Positions 57,920-64,000 of a stretch of DNA of 64,000 nucleotides are shown here, piece after piece (the stretch's first letter is position 1; every line of letters begins with the position of its first letter). The stretch covers positions 10,044-74,043 of the forward strand of contig JAHFMV010000004.1 of NCBI GenBank assembly GCA_023267655.1, written 5' to 3'. A model generated the notes under the pieces. The model was not told where the DNA came from, made no database searches, and saw only the letters and a program-made list of their open reading frames with translations. The DNA is from Candidatus Kaiserbacteria bacterium. GTDB lineage: Bacteria; Patescibacteriota; Minisyncoccia; Phycocordibacterales; UBA2100. The position numbers and the translations under genes were made by a program.

Positions 57920-59941
57920 TTATTTTTTACCGCTTTTTGAGAGCTCTAATTGACGGACTTCGTCGCGTAAGAGTGCGGCTGTTTCGAAATCGAGATGGTC
58001 GGCCGCTTGATGCATCTCTTCACGTTTTTGTTTGATGAGTTTCGTGATATCGCCACCGACTGCTGCAAGATCGCCTTGTGCAAGATCGGAGACCGCGCGG
58101 TCACGGACACGCTGGATATCGCCGATGATGTCGTGGATTTTCTTTGCGACGGTTTTCGGAGTGATGCCGTGCTCTTTGTTGTACGCAACTTGTTTTTCAC
58201 GGCGGCGGTTGGTTTCGCCGATTGCACGTTCCATCGAGCCGGTAGTTATTTCCGCGTAGAGAATCACGCGGCCGAGCACGTTGCGTGCGGCGCGACCCAT
58301 CGTTTGAATGAGGGATGTCTCTGAACGTAGGAATCCTTCTTTATCAGCATCAAGAATCGCGACCAGTTCGACTTCCGGAAGATCGAGTCCCTCGCGCAAA
58401 AGGTTGACACCGACCAAGACGTCGAACAATCCTTTGCGGAAATCCGTGAGCGTCTCGATACGATCGATCGTCTTCACGTCGCTGTGGATGTAACGCGATT
58501 TGATTCCTTTTTCGATCAAAAATTGATTCAGGTCTTCCGCCATCTTTTTGGTCAGCACTGTTGCAAGAGAGCGACCGCCTCGCTGCGTGACAATCTCCGC
58601 TTCGGCGATAAAATCTTTCACTTGCCCCGTATACCCGCCGGTCGCAATGATCGGGCGAATCGTTATTTCCGGATCAATAAGCCCGGTCGGGCGGATGATC
58701 ATTTCGATCGGTGTACCGCCATGCTTCTCTTCAAAATCAGACGGTGTCGCTGACGTGTAAATGGTCTGTCCTGTTTCTGTACGGAACTCCTCAAATTTGA
58801 GTGGGCGGTTATCGACGGCGCTCGGAAGGCGGAAACCGTGATCGATAAGCGTGATCTTGCGCGCGCGATCGCCTGCGTACATCGCGCCGATTTGTGGCAC
58901 GGTCACGTGGCTTTCGTCAATGATAGTGAGGAAATCCGGCGTACCGTCCGCTTTATGCGGGAAATAATTAAGGAGCGTATAAGGCGGCTCACCAGGTTGA
59001 CGGCGATCAAAGTGCCGCGAATAATTCTCGATACCGCTGCAAAAGCCGAATTCACGAATCATCGCGATGTCTTGGCGTGTCCGTCTTTTCAAGCGTTCGG
59101 CTTCGAGTATTTTTCCACTTTCGGCAAAAACTTTCAATTGCTCTTCAAGCTCAAATTCGATGTCTTTGAGCGCGGCGTCGATAACATCTTTGGGAGTGAC
59201 ATAGTGGCGCGCGGGAAACACAAATGCACCTTTCAATTCCTTGCTTATTTCACGCGTAATCGGATCCATTTCCTCTATTTTCGCCACTTTGCCGCCCGTG
59301 AGGTTGACGCGATAGATCACGCGCTCATTGGCCGGCATGATTTCAACATGCGAACCGAGCGCACGAAACGACCCGGGTGTTAGATCACCCGGCGTGCGGT
59401 CAAAATACATTGAGATTAATTTTCGCGTGAGTGTCGCACGCGTCATCGGCTCTCCTTGCTTCAGTTTGAGATTTACTTTTTCGTATTCGACGGGAGAGCC
59501 GAGGCCATAAATGCAAGAGACCGACGCCACAATGATCACGTCTTTGCGCGTGAGGAGCGCTTGCGTCGCCGCATGACGAAGGCGTTCGATGTCTTCGTTG
59601 ATCATCGCTTCCTTTTCGATATACGTATCTGTCACTGGCACATATGCCTCTGGCTGATAGTAATCGTAGTAGGAGACAAAGTAATGCACCGCCGCATCAG
59701 GAAAAAACTCGCGATATTCGGCCGCGAGCTGCGCGGCGAGCGTTTTGTTGTGTGCGATGACAAGCGTCGCCTCACCCGTTTTTTCGATGATGTTGGCCAT
59801 CGTGTACGTCTTTCCCGAACCAGTGACACCAAGGAGTACCTGGTCGCGCTTCCCCCCCTTGAGACCCTTTAAAAGCGCAGCAATCGCCACGGGCTGATCT
59901 CCGGCTGGTTTGTATTCGGACTTGAGTTTGAAGGTGGACAT
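57920..59941 (-). CDS. uvrB: excinuclease ABC subunit B
   Basis: Helicase motifs (GVTGSGKT, DESH), the beta-hairpin region, and the C-terminal UVR domain. Confidence 0.95.
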   Translation of the reverse strand: MSTFKLKSEYKPAGDQPVAIAALLKGLKGGKRDQVLLGVTGSGKTYTMANIIEKTGEATLVIAHNKTLAAQLAAEYREFFPDAAVHYFVSYYDYYQPEAYVPVTDTYIEKEAMINEDIERLRHAATQALLTRKDVIIVASVSCIYGLGSPVEYEKVNLKLKQGEPMTRATLTRKLISMYFDRTPGDLTPGSFRALGSHVEIMPANERVIYRVNLTGGKVAKIEEMDPITREISKELKGAFVFPARHYVTPKDVIDAALKDIEFELEEQLKVFAESGKILEAERLKRRTRQDIAMIREFGFCSGIENYSRHFDRRQPGEPPYTLLNYFPHKADGTPDFLTIIDESHVTVPQIGAMYAGDRARKITLIDHGFRLPSAVDNRPLKFEEFRTETGQTIYTSATPSDFEEKHGGTPIEMIIRPTGLIDPEITIRPIIATGGYTGQVKDFIAEAEIVTQRGGRSLATVLTKKMAEDLNQFLIEKGIKSRYIHSDVKTIDRIETLTDFRKGLFDVLVGVNLLREGLDLPEVELVAILDADKEGFLRSETSLIQTMGRAARNVLGRVILYAEITTGSMERAIGETNRRREKQVAYNKEHGITPKTVAKKIHDIIGDIQRVRDRAVSDLAQGDLAAVGGDITKLIKQKREEMHQAADHLDFETAALLRDEVRQLELSKSGKK

Positions 59942-60222
59942 ATGCAATTCATCATACTAGCTAAAATCTTGATTCTGTGCCATATTTATAATGTAGTTCA
60001 ATAGCGCACGGGGTTTACACATGCTTCCTCCACTTCTCGATCTAATTCGAAAGAGTGAGAAAAGCGTAACCGTTCTCATCGACTGGGAACGCATCAAGAA
60101 AAAACTTGAGAAAAAGTGTAAGAAAACTGGGAAACAGGTTCCTAGTGAGTACGAGGACACCAGTGACTAGGAGCGATACATGGGTGGCATACGGCCGCCC
60201 TTTTCTTTGGTATACTGGTTCC

Positions 60223-60483
60223 ATGTCGGAAGTAGGCGGCGAGAAGCGAAAACCTCGGTATGATTTAGGAGAGCCCGGTCCTGATTCTTTTACTGCACAT
60301 TTGAACGAGCTACGAAATGCCCACACTGCAAAGCGTGTTCGAGAAATCGAAGATGAGAGGGGTATTCCAAATATTCAACAAATCCATGAAGAATTCGAAT
60401 TGGCCATAAATGATCATCTCAAAAAGAAAGGAAATAATTTGGGAAATTTCCTGCTCAAGAAGAAAAAATCAGTCAAGCACTAA
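60223..60483 (+). CDS. hypothetical small protein (86 aa)
   Basis: ORF between uvrB and tyrS. Its 3' end overlaps the tyrS 3' end convergently. Confidence 0.3.
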   Translation: MSEVGGEKRKPRYDLGEPGPDSFTAHLNELRNAHTAKRVREIEDERGIPNIQQIHEEFELAINDHLKKKGNNLGNFLLKKKKSVKH

Positions 60484-61761
60484 GACGGAAACATTTCGTT
60501 TGCCGCGCTTCAGAAGCGCAATATTGTTGAAGAAATCCGATTCTTTGAGAATACGATTCACGTCGGTTACTGCCGCGCCCGAAAGATTCACAGCCCCGTC
60601 TTCGACGAACTGCCGCGCTTCACGGTTCGACGTCGCAAGTTTTGATTCCACGAGCGCATCTACGATTGTCATACCGAGTTTGATCGTCGCAGACGGTGCT
60701 TCTTTTTGCAGCATTTTCGCCGTGGACGCGGGAACTTCCGATAAGTTTTTACCTGCAAATAGCACTTCGGAAATACTTTGAGCGCTTTTCGCGGCATCTT
60801 CGCCGTGTACAAGTGTGGTCACTGTCGTTGCAAGTGTGATTTGAGCTCTCCGCTCGGAAGGATTCGCTGCATGCTCCTTGACTAGTGCGTCAATATCATT
60901 TTTCGGCAGGAGCGTCATTTTAAGAAGCATTTCTTCGACAGCATCATCGCTTATATTCAGCCAAAATTGATAAAACTGGTACGGAGAGGTCTTTTTGCTA
61001 TCGAGCCAAACCGTTGTTCCGCCTTCGCTCTTGCCAAATTTCTTGCCGGTCGCTTTGTCGACAAGAAGCGGCCATGAAAAGGCGTATACTTGGTCGCCCG
61101 TCGTCTTGCGGATCAGCTCGACTCCCGAGAGAATATTTCCCCATTGGTCGGAACCGCCGACTTGGAGATCGCAGCCGTACCGTTTGTGCAATTCAAGGTA
61201 ATCGTACGCCTGGAGGAGCATATACGAAAATTCGGTGTAGGAAATTGATTGGTCGGGCGTTTCGAGACGCGGTCGCACGCTGTCGCGCTTGACCATTTCA
61301 TTCACGGTGAAATGCTTGCCGACGTCTCGCAAGAATTCCATCATGCCGATTTTTCGCAGCCAGTCAGCGTTATTTACCATTTCAAAGCCTGCCCCGTTAG
61401 AGGACGAAGTCTCTCTAATGGGGTCAACGCCACCAAGCAGCTGCTTGAACTGTGTGCGTAATGCTTTAGAATTGGCATCAACGGTTTCATCGGAAAGGAG
61501 GTTGCGCTCGGCGCTCTTCCCTCCGGGATCTCCCACCATTCCGGTTCCGCCACCGACAATAACGATGAGCTTATGACCGTCTTCAACGAAACGTCGCAAG
61601 ACAAGGATGCCTTGCAATTGGCCGACATGCATCGAATCAGCGGTTGGGTCGACACCGAGGTAGAGCGTACGCTTCTTGCCATCGGTGATCTCTTCGAGCG
61701 TCTCGCTTGAGTGCTGGTACACATACCCTCGCTCGTGAAGAATTTCGGAAAGCTTCGCCAT
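60469..61761 (-). CDS. tyrS: tyrosine--tRNA ligase
   Basis: HIGH as MHVGQL and KMSKS as KFGKS, with a C-terminal S4-like domain. 430 aa. Confidence 0.95.
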   Translation of the reverse strand: MAKLSEILHERGYVYQHSSETLEEITDGKKRTLYLGVDPTADSMHVGQLQGILVLRRFVEDGHKLIVIVGGGTGMVGDPGGKSAERNLLSDETVDANSKALRTQFKQLLGGVDPIRETSSSNGAGFEMVNNADWLRKIGMMEFLRDVGKHFTVNEMVKRDSVRPRLETPDQSISYTEFSYMLLQAYDYLELHKRYGCDLQVGGSDQWGNILSGVELIRKTTGDQVYAFSWPLLVDKATGKKFGKSEGGTTVWLDSKKTSPYQFYQFWLNISDDAVEEMLLKMTLLPKNDIDALVKEHAANPSERRAQITLATTVTTLVHGEDAAKSAQSISEVLFAGKNLSEVPASTAKMLQKEAPSATIKLGMTIVDALVESKLATSNREARQFVEDGAVNLSGAAVTDVNRILKESDFFNNIALLKRGKRNVSVLVLD

Positions 61762-61860
61762 GTCGGGAATATACCATAAAAAAAGACCGCTCCGAAGAAC
61801 GGTCGCAGCAGTGTAGTTTGGGTGTGCGGAGTTAACTACTGCTGCCGGGTGATCATACGC

Positions 61861-62262
61861 CTATGCACGAAAATCTCCAATATGCCGATCTTTTTCCAAT
61901 TTCTCGACACCATGTTCGTCAATTCCAAAATGATGTGCGAATTCGTGCCAAATGGTATCAGCTACCACATCGCGCACGTCGAGTTTGTCCTCTCTCGCCG
62001 CTTCCGAAATTGGTAGCTGGTAGAGAGTAATCGTATCCGGCAACGTCATGCCCACGCCGTACATTTCTCCACGCTCCAAAAGTGGAATTCCCTTGTAGAG
62101 GCCGAGTAACGTCTCGTCATCCTCGAGACCTTGTAATTCCCTGTCTTCTCGCGACGGTTCATCTTCTACTAAAATCGCGACGTTCTTGATTTTCGCCCGC
62201 ACCCATGCGGGTAGTCGATCAAATCCTTCCGCAACGAGCTTTTCAAATTCATCCAACGTCAT
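61861..62262 (-). CDS. minimal zincin-like metallopeptidase domain protein (COG3824-like)
   Basis: 133 aa with HEFAHHFG (HExxH) near the C-terminus and the GLYKG.PL..R pattern typical of this small family. Confidence 0.6.
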   Translation of the reverse strand: MTLDEFEKLVAEGFDRLPAWVRAKIKNVAILVEDEPSREDRELQGLEDDETLLGLYKGIPLLERGEMYGVGMTLPDTITLYQLPISEAAREDKLDVRDVVADTIWHEFAHHFGIDEHGVEKLEKDRHIGDFRA

Positions 62263-62269
62263 TGGCGCA

Positions 62270-62809
62270 TTATGCGCTGGGATTTACCAATTCCGCAAAT
62301 CGCTTGCGGACTTTCGCTATTTTCGGCTCGATGATAAGTTGGCAGTACGGCGCACTTTTGTTGGTTTTGAAATAATCTTTGTGGTACGACTCTGCGGGAT
62401 AAAACATGTCGAGTGGAAGTACTTGCGTGACAACACGAGAGCCGTCCGAGAGGGATTTTTGCACGTCATCGATGATTGTGTCGGCAATTTTCTTTTCAGA
62501 ATCATCGTTATAAAAAATTACCGATCGATACTGTTCGCCCACATCGTTCCCCTGCCGATTTGGTGTCGTCGGATCATGTGAGCCGAAGAAAACTGTGAGG
62601 AGATCTTCGTAGCTTATGACGCTAGGATCATAGGTGACTCGGATAACCTCTGCATGACCGGTATTCCCTTCGGATACACGTTCATACGAAGGATTTTCCA
62701 TCGCACCGCCTGCATACCCCGGCTCAACTTTTGAGACGCCCTTCAACATTTGGAATACCGCCTCCGTGCACCAGAAGCATCCTCCACCAAAAACTGCAGT
62801 TTTTTGCAT
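62270..62809 (-). CDS. msrA: peptide-methionine (S)-S-oxide reductase
   Basis: N-terminal GGGCFWC active-site motif. 179 aa. Confidence 0.9.
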   Translation of the reverse strand: MQKTAVFGGGCFWCTEAVFQMLKGVSKVEPGYAGGAMENPSYERVSEGNTGHAEVIRVTYDPSVISYEDLLTVFFGSHDPTTPNRQGNDVGEQYRSVIFYNDDSEKKIADTIIDDVQKSLSDGSRVVTQVLPLDMFYPAESYHKDYFKTNKSAPYCQLIIEPKIAKVRKRFAELVNPSA

Positions 62810-62815
62810 AGTGGC

Positions 62816-63733
62816 TCAAATGGCGCCGTTTGAGCCGGCCGCGGACTCAAACCGCTGTAATTTTGATACGTTATACATCGCAAAGAGTAGGACGAGCGCC
62901 GCGAGATATTGGCTCCAGTTAAGCGTGACACCGTAGAGCAGGTAATCTATGAGAACTGCGGTCATCGGAAATGCGAGTTCCACAATCGCGGAAATACGTA
63001 CGGGAGTTGTGCGGAGGCCGCGGTAGTAGATCCACAACGCGAGCATACCGGTTGATACGGCGATCAGAGCGAGGGTCGCGTACTGCGCGCCTGTAACGGC
63101 GCTTAACGATGGCAGCGCGCCCATTGCAAAGACAAAAATAAATGCGATCGGGACAGTAAGAAGAAAGCGCACACCGGTAATCAACGTGTTCGAATGATTG
63201 AGGAGCGCAAAGCGTGAAAGCGCCGTGGATGATCCCCATGCGATTGCAGCGGCGAGGGCGAAAAGTGCCGCGGTGACGTACGCGCCGCCTGCTGCAAAAT
63301 TCACGACGCCCATCGGGAATGTGACGAAATAGCCGGCCACAAGTGCGAGCAACGCCCAAAGCCAATAGCGCGTACTCGGAACTTCTTTGAGAACTGCCCA
63401 CGCCATTGCGATCGCGAAAATCGGCTGCAATTTTTGAATGAGAAAGACAACGCTAAACGGAATGAAATTAACCTTAAGAAGCGCAGTAGTAAAAAACAGT
63501 GTACCGAGAACCCCCGAGAGGAGCGCGACGACACCGAGTGCGTACCATTCCTTTGCTTCAAGCGCTTCCTTTTTCCACGCGCGAAAGAGGAACGGCGAAA
63601 TAATGATGAGCCCGATTAAATGCTCAAAAAAGACGATCGTGATCGGCGGCAAGCTGTAGAGCGATCGTCGTAAAATTCCATCGAGGCCCCATAAAATGGC
63701 GGCGATAAATATAAAGAATGGTCCGTAGCTCAT
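62816..63733 (-). CDS. DMT-superfamily (EamA-like) transporter
   Basis: 10 TM helices arranged as two EamA-like repeats. Confidence 0.7.
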   Translation of the reverse strand: MSYGPFFIFIAAILWGLDGILRRSLYSLPPITIVFFEHLIGLIIISPFLFRAWKKEALEAKEWYALGVVALLSGVLGTLFFTTALLKVNFIPFSVVFLIQKLQPIFAIAMAWAVLKEVPSTRYWLWALLALVAGYFVTFPMGVVNFAAGGAYVTAALFALAAAIAWGSSTALSRFALLNHSNTLITGVRFLLTVPIAFIFVFAMGALPSLSAVTGAQYATLALIAVSTGMLALWIYYRGLRTTPVRISAIVELAFPMTAVLIDYLLYGVTLNWSQYLAALVLLFAMYNVSKLQRFESAAGSNGAI

Positions 63734-64000
63734 CCCGTTAGAAATCGGACGCGGACGCGGTGCATCCGTACCTCGATTTATTATTTTTTGTAAAACTATT
63801 CAGGGGCGTCAATAAATCATATGAACCGAGTCCGCTATTTCTAACGGGATTCATGACAGGAGTATACCAGAAAAATATTTAATCTGATTTGGGGCGAAGT
63901 AGCGGGAAGATCTGTGCCTCGTGCGCCGGTCGATTTTCGAGAAATGAGAAGAGTCGTTCCGAGACGCCGAAACCAAATGCCGGTGGCATACCGTATTCCA

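Overview
This window is a dense, housekeeping-rich segment of a small bacterial genome. Several traits suggest a reduced-genome lineage, possibly Patescibacteria/CPR-like, but this is inference only: a delta subunit reduced to its C-terminal domain and a short epsilon in the ATP synthase, an archaeal-type AspRS, a UvrC without a C-terminal HhH region, an RRM RNA-binding protein, and an RND pump with no outer-membrane factor.

Main content, in order:
- ahcY
- a complete F1Fo ATP synthase operon (atpB-E-F-H-A-[orf]-G-[orf]-D-C) with two extra small ORFs inserted
- an RND efflux pump with its membrane-fusion partner
- ychF
- leuS carrying an internal NUDIX domain
- cysS, a CorA-like transporter, ctpA
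- an IS982-family insertion sequence
- rplI and rpmA
- a DEDDh exonuclease and a tyrosine recombinase with two small ORFs
- an M23 peptidase, gltX, murG, ftsW, mraY, a DD-carboxypeptidase, scpB/scpA
- aspS (type 2), trpS, rplU, a PadR-like regulator, rmuC
- a Fic-like protein with a degenerate motif, a GatB/YqeY protein, an RRM protein
- tRNA-Ala(UGC), ddl, uvrC, uvrA, murB, uvrB, tyrS, a minimal zincin, msrA, and a DMT transporter

The most unusual signal is non-coding. A family of short heptad-repeat elements (TAGCSAM)n-TAGGG occurs at six loci: three as full ~80-90 bp elements with inverted heptad arms (MITE-like), and three as solo arms or an isolated copy. The (GTGGCTA)n arm always abuts TATACT-N6-ATG, which looks like a portable promoter feeding near-leaderless genes. 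Several other conserved intergenic motifs recur, including a 37-nt hairpin motif present twice, an ACCTGACACCT motif present twice, other heptad tandems, and long AT-rich palindromes inside the atp operon.

No CRISPR array or rRNA was seen.

Coordinates for non-CDS features were read by eye from the printed sequence and may be off by 1-2 nt. CDS coordinates follow the supplied ORF track, with starts refined where a better start codon is evident.
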